From Antedon mediterranea (taxonomy: Eukaryota; Animalia; Echinodermata), in the NCBI RefSeq assembly GCF_964355755.1, contig NC_092670.1, positions 1,106,201-1,170,200 of the forward strand: DNA of 64,000 nt, given 5' to 3'. Numbering within the stretch: the first letter of the stretch is position 1; the number at the start of each line of letters is the position of its first letter. Shown in pieces: positions 44,222-57,100 of this stretch. The position numbers were made by a program, and so were the translations under genes. The notes beneath the pieces are model-generated. The model was not told the origin of the DNA, did not search any database, and saw nothing but the letters and a program-made list of their open reading frames with translations.

Positions 44222-44410
44222 GAAACGGAACAGATGGACCAACAGATTGACAGAATGGCAACCAAGAATTGGACAAAAACACAGATGGAGGGTCAAAGTC
44301 TCACTTTATAACAACTTGTGCTACTGTAGCACAACTCAAAACAGAAAGGAATGGTAGATGCTTGAGGAGAGCTACATCCGGCAGAGAATGATGGAGCCGA
44401 GGTTAGCTAA
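44222..44410 (+). mobile_element. RTE-clade LINE 3' fragment
   Basis: NRWTNRLTEWQPR and QNRKEW*MLEESYIRQ resemble the RTE ORF C-terminus. Confidence 0.6.
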
Positions 44411-44784
44411 GGTAATGAACAATTCTTACATTTCAAGGGGTGGGGAGGGGGTGCAGTTCAATACCTGTTTTGTGGATTTGGAAAATTTCAAAGCTCAAGT
44501 GTACTTTAGATTAATATAAAATCGTACAATATGTAAACATACAATGCATAACTTAAAGATCAAATAGTAGAAAAGCTTGGTTCCCACTAGAAGGACGCAA
44601 CGCAAGGACGTTAGCGCAGCGCAAATAATTTGACCAATCGACGCGATGCATTATTTGAACTGTCGTCATTAGACTGCGGTGCGCTTACGTCGTTGCGTTG
44701 CGTCCTTGAGAAACAAACTTTTTAGATTATTATTTTTTAGTACAGATTATTATTTTTTGGTACAATAGCTGGCGCTTAATATTA

Positions 44785-46291
44785 TTATTTCAGTCTGCGT
44801 ATCTTCATCTCGGTAGTTTTCAATGAATAGTAATATGTTTTCCATGTCTGCCACACAACACCAGTAGCGAACTGCTCGGTGTTTCCGCCCAGATACAGGC
44901 CATTCAGATTTGACCAATGGCATTTAGCGTACCACCAACCCCCTTTGTTACAGCACACGACTTGTCATTGATGTTGATGTTGATGTTGATGTTGAAAATT
45001 GTTGATTATTATGGAAACTCAGTGAATCACCTCCAATCAAAACGCAAATGAATTACTGTTTATCGTTCACAAAAAAGAACATTTCAGAAAAATATGGGTA
45101 TTTAGGGCCGATGGTTGTACTGGGTTGAGTGGCGTAAACAGAAACCTTTTCCAAAAAATAGGTAACAAAAACCTATCCATTGACCATGGTCAACCATGGT
45201 TTTTCAGGGTGACTTAAATGCCCTTACGAATAATAAAAATGATTATTTTATTTTACTGACATCCACATACTAATTACATGATTAAAACAAGGTCACGTAC
45301 CAGCATCACCAGTGTAAGTTCCAATCATCAGTTTGTAGTTGGTGCCCTCATTGCCAATTCGGAAGGTACCGTAGCGAGCATACGCAGACTCGTTGTCGAA
45401 AGTAGTCATGTCTACTCTCAATTCAAAGTGACCGACAGACGTAATACGGTATATGTTGTCGTTACCAAACCAATGCTCACTACTAATACTCCCAAACCCA
45501 GTTTTGTATGCCTCCCAATTTCTGTAGAAATCCATGGATCCGTCTTCTCGCCTTTGAAAGACCTTTAGAATGAAAAGTCAACATGAACAATTGTCCCTAT
45601 TCTATTACATGATCAAAGCAAGAAATGTTTAAGTTATTAGGCCTATAGTAAACAGTCTCGATTTATCCCACTTCCCTTCCTCACCACCGCACTGCCAATT
45701 GTATGTGTTACGACTTACCGTCCATCCACCTCCATCAGTCACCATGTCACAGTATACACGAATGGGTTTACCTCCATCATGTGGATCAATCGTGTACTCT
45801 CCACTTTGTGTTTGGCTGTCTCTATCAAGAATGTCAGTGCAGTCTCGTGCATGCTTCTCTTGAAAATAAGGTAATAAAGAATATATTTTACAAAACAAAT
45901 GCCACAAATCTCTACCCCATTCACCACCGTCGGCACACAGTTGTTTCAGATTTGTATATTAATACAACTTTAAATAAGTTCCATCTTTCTCCTTTATTCA
46001 TTTATTCATGACTTTGAATTTGTCAAAAGTCGAATTTTAGTTACAGAGAGAAATTTGAATATTAAAACGTTAAAAAGCGTCATGGAGCATCACACATAAA
46101 GGAAAACCCTCGAACACAAGTTTAGCCTACAGCCACTATCACCAAGACGTCATTAAACTATAATCGAATTAATTAATCTTACCACAATCATTGACAACAA
46201 CTGAAACATGACAATCATCTCGATCCACTGTATGACTGCTTGAAACTACCAGAGCCACCATCAGTGACAGTATGATAGACCTCACGAACAT
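44785..46291 (-). pseudogene. FReD gene F3, frameshifted
   Basis: Exons 46291-46183, 45858-45719, 45562-45301, 45030-44785. Exon 4 has a (CAACAT)4 expansion replacing the DRD codons, which shifts the frame to an early TAA. There is also a 4-bp deletion, and the acceptor is GAG where paralogues have CAG. Confidence 0.85.
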
Positions 46292-46374
46292 CTTCACTAG
46301 CTGAATATTGTTCAGACTAAATCCAGAAAACAAATTTAACAGGTCGGGAGAAACAAGTGTATATAAATGCAGAG

Positions 46375-46650
46375 CCAGGAAAAGGGTTCAGTCTAATAAT
46401 ATGAGGTTGGGCACTAAATGAAAGAAGTGTTTGTTGGTATAGGCCTAGTATTCAGGAAAATGGTTCAGTCTAACATTATGAGGTTGGGCACTAAATGAAG
46501 TGTTTCCTAGTATTTAGGAAAAGGTTCAGTAATATGAGGTTGGGCACTAAATGAAAGAACCGTGTTTATAGGTAGGCCTACGATTCAGGAAAAAGGTTCA
46601 GTCTAATAATGTGTTTTTATTCGGGGATTGAGTACTAGATAAAAGAACTG
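46375..46650 (-). promoter_or_regulatory. Four to five degenerate tandem copies of an upstream element in the F3 promoter (also F4 49453-49730 and F5 52540-52815)
   Basis: Plus-strand motif AGGAAAAGGGTTCAGTCTAATAATATGAGGTTGGGCACTAAATGAA sits just upstream of a TATA-like box. It is single-copy upstream of F6 within the window (about 63930) and degenerate upstream of F1 and F2. Regulatory function is inferred from position only. Confidence 0.5.
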
Positions 46651-47880
46651 TTTATAGTTAAGAGTAAAAAAGACATGTCTAATAATAGTTTATTTTTAAA
46701 ATGATTATCATGTTCTCCTTTCTAGTAAAACGAATCAGTTTAATTTTGAAGTAACTGTGGTCATAACTCAATTGATTGAGAAGATGAAAGTGTCACAACA
46801 TTACTTTAAAGTTTACGTTCTGTCGGATCTACGATTTACTTTGAGTCAAAACGTACACATTTACATTACTTTGTCAAAGTCCTCTTTAAATATATTTTTG
46901 GCAAATCATCGTCTGAATTTTGTAAAGATAATACATTAAGACTGTTAATACGCATGATATTTGGTTTGATACTATATTATTATATGGTTCGTCATAATAC
47001 TGAGTACTTATTGCGAGTCTTTGTTATGTTCATTGTAACTTTCGATGGTTGAAAATTAACTTCGTAGATTGTCGAGAACATTTCATTATTGTATATCGCC
47101 AGACATGTATAAACGCCTTCAATCTCTACAAATCTTGATCACCCTTTTTTAACTCCATAATAATTAAAGAAATAGTCATGTCGTCGATACAATCCTCAAA
47201 TAGTTTGACCTCATCTTCTTCATTTTCATGGATTAAGAAAGCCTTTATTCAATTAACTCGCGCACAGTATAATTACAACCATTTCTACAATTAAAGTACA
47301 TACTACATTGTCGTGTGATTTTGGCTTCGATTAAAAAGCCAGTGGAACTTCTATTTATGTGTGTATGAAATATTGCGATGATTTCGGGGTCATCTCAATT
47401 GTGGAGATACACCTTTGTGTATGTCACCAATACATATACAAATTGACTATGAATGCAGTTGATGATTGTATTTTTATTTTTTTAAATAATTGACATGAAC
47501 AATTATATTTGCTATATAAAGACAATACTAGTAGCAAAAAAGGGTAATAACACCAACACGGAAGTTCAGAACTATGTTAATAATTACGGTATACATTCAG
47601 TCAATCGAGTTACATAACATTTTATATGATTAAGCTCCGTCTACTCTAGTTTGGCAAACAAGTGTGATGTACCCAATGGTAGTGATATGACGTCATCGTG
47701 TTTATAGGCACAATTTTTTTTTTGCTTTATGCAATGTGTAAAGACCAATACGACAGACACCTTCTGATCAAAAAATGCTACGCAAGGGGTGGGGAGGGGG
47801 TGCAGTTCAATACCTGTTTTGTGGATTTGGAAAATTTCAAAGCTCAAGTGTACTTGAGCTGGCGCTTATTATTAATGTTA

Positions 47881-49369
47881 TTATTTCAGTCTGCGTATCT
47901 TCATCTCGGTAGTTTTCAATGAATAGTAATATGTTTTCCATGTCTTCCACACAACACCAGTAGCGTACTGCTTGGTGTTTCCGCCCAGATACAGGCCATT
48001 CAAATTTGATGCATGGCATTTAGCGTACCACCAACCCCCTTTGTATGTTACAGCACACGACTTGTCATTGTCTCGGTCAGATGTTGAAAATTGTTGATTA
48101 TTATGGAAACTCAGTGAATCACCTGCAATCAAAACGCAAATGAATTACTGTTTATCGTTCACAAAAAAGAACATTTCAGAAAAAGATGGGTATTTAGGGC
48201 CGATGGTTGTACTGGGTTGAGTGGCGTAAAGAGAAACCTTTTCCAATAAATAGGTAACAAAAACCTATCCATTGACGTTTTTCAGGGTGACTTAAATGCC
48301 CTTACGAATAATATAAATGATTATTTTATTTTACTGACATCCACATACTAATTACATGATTAAAACAAGGTCACGTACCCGCATCACCAGTGTAAGTTCC
48401 AATCATCAGTTTGTAGTTGGTGCCCTCATTGCCAATTCGGAAGGTACCGTAGCGAGCATACGCAGACTCGTTGTCGAAAGTAGTCATGTCAATTCTCAAT
48501 TCAAAGTGACCGGCAGACGTAATACGGTATATGTTGTCGTTACCAAGCCAATGCTCACTACTAATACTCCCAAACCCAGTTTTGTATGCCTCCCAATTTC
48601 TGTAGAAATCCATGGATCCGTCTTCTCGCCTTTGAAAGACCTTTAGAATGAAAAGTCAACATGAACAATTGTCCCTATTCTATTACATGATCAAAGCAAG
48701 AAATGTTTAAGTTATTAGGCCTATAGTAAACAGTCTCGATTTATCCCACTTCCCTTCCTCACCACCGCACTGCCAATTGTATGTCTTACGACTTACCGTC
48801 CATCCACCTCCATCAGTCACCATGTCACAGTATACACGAATGGGTTTACCTCCATCATGTGGATCAATCGTGTACTCTCCACTTTGTGTTTGGCTGTCTC
48901 TATCAAGAATGTCAGTGCAGTCTCGTGCATGCTTCTCTTGAAAACAAGGTAATAAGGAATATATTTTACAAAACAAATGCCACAAATCTCTACCCCATTC
49001 ACCACCGTCGGCACACAGTTGTTTCAGATTTGTATATTAATACAACTTTGAATAAGTTCCATCTTTCTCCTTTATTCATTTATTCATGACTTTGAATTTG
49101 TCAAAAGTCGAATTTTAGTTACAGAGAGAAATTTGAATATTAAAACGTTAAAAAGCGTCATGGAGCATCACAAATAAATGAAAACCCTCGAACACAAGTT
49201 TAGCCTACAGCCACTATCACCAAGACGTCATTAAACTATAATCGAATTAATTAATCTTACCACAATCATTGACAACAACTGAAACATGACAATCATCTCG
49301 ATCCACTGTATGACTGCTTGAAACTACCAGAGCCACCATCAGTGACAGTATGATAGACCTCACGAACAT
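47881..49369 (-). CDS. FReD lectin F4 (intact frame)
   Basis: Exons 49369-49261, 48936-48797, 48640-48379, 48122-47881. Part of a tandem duplication unit of about 3.08 kb. The loop is 4 codons shorter than in F5 (DNDKSCA). Confidence 0.88.
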
Positions 49370-50957
49370 CTTCACTAGCTGAATATTGTTCAGACTAAAT
49401 CCAGAAAACAAATTTAACAGGTCGGGAGAAACAAGTGTATATAAATGCAGAGCCAGGAAAAGGGTTCAGTCTAATAATATGAGGTTGGGCACTAAATGAA
49501 AGAAGTGTTTGTTGGTATAGGCCTAGTATTCAGGAAAATGGTTCAGTCTAACATTATGAGGTTGGGCACTAAATGAAGTGTTTCCTAGTATTTAGGAAAA
49601 GGTTCAGTAATATGAGGTTGGGCACTAAATGAAAGAACCGTGTTTATAGGTAGGCCTACGATTCAGGAAAAAGGTTCAGTCTAATAATGTGTTTTTATTC
49701 GGGGATTGAGTACTAGATAAAAGAACTGTTTATAGTTAAGAGTAAAAAAGACATGTCTAATAATAGTTTATTTTTGAAATGATTATCATGTTCTCCTTTC
49801 TAGTAAAACGAATCAGTTTAATTTTGAAGTAACTGTGGTCATAACTCAATTGATTGAGAAGATGAAAGTGTCACAACATTAATTTAAAGTTTACGTTCTG
49901 TCGGATCTACGATTTACTTTGAGTCAAAACGTACACATTTACATTACTTTGTCAAAGTCCTCTTTAAATATATTTTTGGCAAATCATCGTCTGAATTTTG
50001 TAAAGATAATACATTAAGACTGTTAATACGCATGATATTTGGTTTGATACTATATTATTATATGGTTCGTCATAATACTGAGTACTTATTGCGAGTCTTT
50101 GTTATGTTCATTGTAACCTTCGATGGCTGAAAGTTAACTTCGTAGATTGTCGAGAACATTTCATTATTGTATATCGCCAGACATGTATAAACGCCTTCAA
50201 TCTCTACAAATCTTGATCACCTTTTTTAACTCCATAATAATTAAAGAAATAGTCACGTCGTCGATACAATCCTCAAATAGTTTGACCTCATCTTCTTCAT
50301 TTTCATGGATTAAGAAAGCCTTTATTCAATTAACTCGCGCACAGTATAATTACAACCATTTCTACAATTAAAGTACATACTACATTGTCGTGTGATTTTG
50401 GCTTCGATTAAAAAGCCAGTGAAACTTCTATTTATGTGTGTATGAAATATTGCGATGATTTCGGGGTCATCTCAATTGTGGAGATACACCTTTGTGTATG
50501 TCACCAATACATATACAAATTGACTATGAATGCAGTTGATGATTGTATTTTTATTTTTTAAATAATTGACATGAACAATTATATTTGCTATATAAAGACA
50601 ATACTAGTAGCAAAAAAGGGTAATAACACCAACATGGAAGTTCAGAACTATGTTAATAATTACGGTATACATTCAGTCAATCGAGTTACATAACATTTTA
50701 TATGATTAAGCTCCGTCTACTCTAGTTTGGCAAACAAGTGTGATGTACCCAATGGTAGTGATATGACGTCATCGTGTCTATAGGCACAATTTTTTTTGTT
50801 GCTTTATGCAATGTGTAAAGACCAATACAACAGACACCTTCTGATCAAAATATGCTACGCAAGGGGTGGGGAGGGGGTGCAGTTCAATACCTGTTTTGTG
50901 GATTTGGAAAATTTCAAAGCTCAAGTGTACTTGAGCTGGCGCTTATTATTAATATTA

Positions 50958-52455
50958 TTATTTCAGTCTGCGTATCTTCATCTCGGTAGTTTTCAATGAA
51001 TAATAATGTGTTTTCCATGTCTTCCACACAACACCAGTAGCGTACTCCTTGGTGTTTCCGCCCAGATACAGGCCATTCAGATTTGATGCATGGCATTTAG
51101 CGTACCACCAAGCTCCTTTGTATTGTACAGCACACGACTTGTCAGAGTACACGTCATTGTCTCGGTCAGATGTTGAAAATTGTTGATTATTATGGAAACT
51201 CAGTGAATCACCTGCAATCAAAACGCAAATGAATTACTGTTTATCGTTCACAAAAAAGAACATTTCAGAAAAAGATGGGTATTTAGGGCCGATGGTTGTA
51301 CTGGGTTGAGTGGCGTTAAGAGAAACCTTTTCCAATAAATAGGTAACAAAAACCTATCCATTGACGTTTTTCAGGGTGACTTAAATGCCCTTACGAATAA
51401 TATAAATGATTATTTTATTTTACTGACATCCACATACTAATTACATGATTAAAACAGGTCACGTACCAGCATCACCAGTGTAAGTTCCAATCATCAGTTT
51501 GTAGTTGGTACACTCATTGCCAATTCGGAAGGTACCGTAGCGAGCATACGCAGACTCGTTGTCGAAAGTAGTCATGTCAATTCTCAATTCAAAGTGACCG
51601 GCAGACGTAATACGGTATATGTTGTCGTTACCAAGCCAATGCTCACTATTAATACTCCCAAACCCAGTTTTGTATGCCGCCCATCCTCTGTAAAAATCTG
51701 TAGTTCCGTTTTCTCGCCTTTGAAAGACCTTTAGAATGAAAAGTCAACATGAACAATTGTCCCTATTCTATTACATGATTAAAGCAAGAAATGTTTAAGT
51801 TATTAGGCCTATAGTAAACAGTCTCGATTTATCCCACTTCCCTTCCTCACCGCACTGCCAATTGTATGTGTTATTACTTACCGTCCATCCACCTCCATCA
51901 GTCACCATGTCACAGTATACACGAATGGGTTTACCTCCATCATGTGGATCAATCGTGTACTCTCCACTTTGTGCTTGGCTGTCTCTCTCAAGAATGTCAG
52001 TGCAGTCTCGTGCATGCTTCTCTTGAAAACAAGGTAATAAGGAATATATTTTACAAAACAAATGCCACAAATCTCTATCCCATTCACCACCGTCGGCACA
52101 CAGTTGTTTCAGATTTGTATATTAATACAACTTTGAATAAGTTCCATCTTTCTCCTTTATTCATTTATTCATGACTTTGAATTTGTCAAAAGTCGGATTT
52201 TAGTTACAGAGAGAAATTTGAATATAAAAACGTTAAAAAGCGTCATGGAGCATCACACATAAAGGAAAAACCCTCGAACACAAGTTTAGCCTACAGCCAC
52301 TATCACCAAGACGTCATTAAACTATAATTGAATTAATTAATCTTACCACAATCATTGACAACAACTGAAACATGACAATCATCTCGATCCACTGTATGAC
52401 TGCTTGAAACTACCAGAGCCACCATCAGTGACAGTATGATAGACCTCACGAACAT
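50958..52455 (-). CDS. FReD lectin F5 (intact frame)
   Basis: Exons 52455-52347, 52021-51882, 51728-51467, 51211-50958. Confidence 0.9.
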
Positions 52456-54110
52456 CTTCACTAGCTGAATATTGTTCAGACTAAATCCAGAAAACAAATG
52501 TAACAGGTCGGGAGAAACAATTGTGTATATAAATGCAGAGCCAGGAAAAGGGTTCAGTCTAATAATATGAGGTTGGGCACTAAATGAAAGAAGTGTTTGT
52601 TGGTATAGGCCTAGTATTCAGGAAAATGGTTCAGTCTAACATTATGAGGTTGGGCACTAAATGAAGTGTTTCCTAGTATTTAGGAAAAAGGTTCAGTAAT
52701 ATGAGGTTGGGAACTAAATGAAAGAACCGTGTTTATAGGTAGGCCTACGATTCAGGAAAAAGGTTCAGTCTAATAATGTGTTTTTATTCGGGGATTGAGT
52801 ACTAGATAAAAGAACTGTTTATAGTTAAGAGTAAAAAAGACATGTCTAATAATAGTTTATTTTTAAAATGATTATCATGTTCTCCTTTCTAGTAAAACGA
52901 ATCAGTTTAATTTTGAAGTAACTGTGGTCATAACTCAATTGATTGAGAAGATGAAAGTGTCACAACATTACTTTAAAGTTAACGTTCTGTCGGATCTACC
53001 ATTTACTTTGAGTCAAAACGTACACATTTACATTACTTTGTCAAAGTCCTCTTTAAATACATTTTTGGCAAATCATCGTCTGAATTTTGTAAAGATAATA
53101 CATTAAGACTGTTAATACGCATGATATTTGGTTTGATACTATATTATTATATGGTTCGTCATAATACTGAGTACTTATTGCGAGTCTTTGTTATGTTCAT
53201 TGTAACTTTCGAAGGTTGAAAGTTAACTTCGTAGATTGTCGAGAACATTTCATTATTGTATATCGCCAGACATGTATAAACGCCTTCAATCTCTACAAAT
53301 CTTGATCACATTTTTTTTTACTCCATAATAATTAAAGAAATAGTCACGTCGTCGATACAATCCTCGAACAGTTTGACCTCATCTTCTTCATTTTCATGGA
53401 TTAAGAAAGCCTTTCAATTAACTCGCGCACAGTATAATTACAACCATTTCTACAATTAAAGTACATACTACATTGTCGTGTGATTTTGGCTTCGATTAAA
53501 AAGTCAGTGAAACTTCTATTTATGTGTGTATGAAATATTGCGATGATTTCGGGGTCATCTCAATTGTGGAGATACACCTTTGTGTATGTCACTAATACAT
53601 ATACAAATTGACTATGACTACAGTTTGTGATTGCATTTTTATTCTTTCAATAATTGAGATGAACAATTATCTTTGCTACCAACAAAGAGTATAAAGATAA
53701 CACATTAGTAGCAAAAAAAAAGGGTAATAAAAACAACATTTTAATAATTACGGTATACACTCAGTCAATCGAGTTACATACCATTTTGTAATTGGATAAA
53801 TATAAGGAATCCAATTTAAATGTAAATAGGTTAAATGTATAAAATTAGAAATGACAAGGGGCAAAATTATAAATTATTAAAAAGTTAGTAGATTAGCTTG
53901 ATTACAAAAATACGGTAATGAACAATTCTTTTAAAGAGCTGGTTAGGTGTGGTTTGAGTTCAATGGGGATTGGGAAAATTACAAAGAGAACAGATTCAGA
54001 TTAAATGTATTAATTGTCATAAATGTATAGGCCTCTAAGGCACAACAAATGCACAACATAACGAAAACAATTTATTTAGTATAATTAATTTTGGTATCAT
54101 CTTCCACTTA

Positions 54111-57100
54111 TTATTTCAGTCTCCGTATCTTCATCTCTGTAGTTTTCAATGAATAGTAATAGGATTTCCATGTCTGCCATATAACACCATTAGCGTACTC
54201 CTTAATTGGTCCATTCATGTACAACCCATTTAGATTTGACCAATGGCATGAGTCGTACCACCAAGCTCCTTTGTATGTTACAGCACACGGTGATCCAGAA
54301 GAGTTGTCGTTATCTCGGTCAAATGTTGAAAATTGAAAATTATTATGGTAAGTCAGTGAATCGCCTGTAATATAAAACAACATCATAAACGATTGGAGCA
54401 TTGTTATTATGGCTCAATTAAAACTCCCGGTAAAGATATATATTACCACGCAATTTATATATTTAGGATTTTTAATAGGAGCGTCAACTGATTTACGATC
54501 TCTTTGGTGAATTGTATTCAGTTGACCAACAATAAGTATAAGGTGATGTCTCAAAAGAGAAGGAAAATTAAAGATGTATTGTCCCCCAAAAACATGAAAA
54601 ATGGAGATTAATTAAATCAGACTTTGAATATGTTATTTTGTAGGTTTATAAATTTACTCACTTCCATAGAAAAAAAAAATGTTTTCACTGATAAAATGAC
54701 AAAATAAATGGTTAAATTCAACCAAAAACCCATTGGCTCGCAGCCAATTTGACCATTTGTTGCGTTCAATTGCAGTTTTTTCAGGTAAATACATTTTTTC
54801 CGATCAAATTTTTGGTCAAAGTGGATAACTATTATGGTACATTAAAATGGCATATTCAACAAAAATGTTGTTAAGAATTATTTTTCAGGGGGACAATACA
54901 TCTTTAAGAGAGAAAACAAATGATTGAAATTAGAAAATATGTATTAAAACAATTTTATTATGTAGAAAATAAATTAATGTTACCAGAAAACAATGTTGAC
55001 AGTAGAAAATATTAGTTCACGGATATGGAAATTATTTAACAAAAAAAACCAAAAACAAATGTTGAAAAATAATGTTAGTTCTATTGTCTGGCACTATACA
55101 ATATTAATATTCATTGATCTTATTTATTACGTGCAATGTATTTCAATATTTTAAAATAAGATGAAATAAAAGTTGGACAAACCCACATAAGACAAAAAAT
55201 AATAATTATAAGCCTTACCCGCATCACCAGTGTAAGTCCCAATCATCAGTTTGTAGTTGGTGCCCTCGTTGCCAATTCGGAAGGTACCGTAGCGAGCATA
55301 CGCAGACTCGTTGTCGAAAGTAGTCATGTCAATTCTCAATTCAAAGTGACCGGCAGACGTAATACGGTATATGTTGTCGTTACCAAGCCAATGCTCAGTA
55401 TTAAGTTTCCCAAACCCAGTTTTGTAAGCCGCCCAATTTCTGTAGAAATCTGTTCTTCCGTCTTCTCGTCTTTGAAAGACCTTTAAAACGAAATGTATTA
55501 CGCAGTATATCAACATCAAACCATTTTCTCTTATACACGATAAAATACTTTTTTTTCTAAACCATTAAGGTGTTATGGCTTGTCTAAAAAATGTCAAATA
55601 TGAAACAAGGCATTGTTGTTAATATTTGATAACGTGATTGTGTTGTATTAGTTTAGCTTCTCAACACTCCCATACTGTAAGTGGCTGTAGTAATATCTTA
55701 CCGTCCATCCACCGCCATCAGTCACCATGTCACAGTCAACACGAATGGGTTTACCTCCATCATGTGGATCAATCGTGTACTCTCCACTTTTTGCTTGGCT
55801 GTCTCTATCAAGAATGTCAGTGCAATCTCGTGGATGCCTTTCTTTAAATAAAATACGAAATTTAATGTATAGCCATTGAAGTTTTATTTTACTTCTTTCA
55901 CCACTACATTGGCACGTTTGTCAAACGAATCAAATTAGTAAAAGAGAAATTTGAATAAAACAAAAACCTACTAATCATGAAACATTAAAAAGGAGGAAAC
56001 CCCAGTTGGTAGAAGAGCAGCTACTACAAGCGCTGTCATCATTAAAACGTGTACAGATTAGAATGGAAACCCCCAGTGGATAGAAAAGCAGCTACTACAA
56101 GCGCTGTCATCATTAAAACGTGTACAGATTAGAATTGAAACCCCCAGTGGATAGAACAGCAGCTACTACAAGCACTGTCATCATTAAAACGTTTACAGAT
56201 TAGAATGGAAACCCCCAGTGGTTAGAACAGCAGCTACTACAAGCACTGTCATCATTAAAACGTTTACAGATTAGAATGGAAACCCCCAGTGGATAGAACA
56301 GCAGCTACTACAAGCACTGTCATCATTAAAACGTTTACAGATTAGAATGGAAACCCCCAGTGGTTAGAACAGCAGGTACTACAAGCACTGTCATCATTAA
56401 AACGTGTACAGATTAGAATGGAAACCCCCAGTGGTTAGAAGAGCAGCTACTACAAGCACTGTGATCATTAAAACGTGTACAGATTAGAATGGAAACCCCC
56501 AGTGGATAGAACAGCAGGTACTACAAGCACTGTCATCATTAAAGGCCAGGTGCGGGCAAAAAATTTCTATTGATCATACATTCCAATAATTATCGATCTA
56601 TAGTTTCCCCTATGTTTCATAATTTTTGGGATTTTATTTGTGTTACACGAGCTTGTTGAAAATAAGCACTTTCTTATCAGTGGGGGGATAGTTCAAATTA
56701 CACAGTAAAATCTCTATTCTTTTGTACACAAATTTTGTAAATAGAGAGGCATTTTAAAAAGCTATGAAAAATAAACAGTGTGGTAAAAAATATTATCAGA
56801 TGACTAAATATAGGTAATATAACTAGACTATTACATTTCTGATATTTTTATTCAACTTCAGATTTTTATTTTCATGCTATAGCAAAAATTATCCACTGTA
56901 TATCCACCATCTTTTTTCACCTTCTAGGGAGTCACCAGACATGTTATTACATTAGGTTAACAACCTAACTACTGAAAAAAAGTCTTTCTGGTTTTTATGG
57001 AAGAATTTTGCCAAATTTTGTATTTGACCATATTAAGGGAAATTCATGTTTTTTCGTCTTGATTTCTGTTACAAATATTTGATTTATGTACAATTAACCA

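Noticed and set aside
45900-45960. Possible extra micro-exon in FReD intron 1 ([11 protein letters not shown] on the minus strand)
   Set aside because: No convincing acceptor, and exon 1 already splices in frame to exon 2.
45278-52174. Plus-strand ORFs repeated in each FReD unit (MIKTRSR..., MCYDLPS...)
   Set aside because: They are antisense shadows of FReD exons and recur only because the unit is duplicated.
44760-53900. F3-F5 as an assembly duplication artefact
   Set aside because: The units differ by many substitutions and distinct indels, which fits real paralogues. Read depth would settle it.
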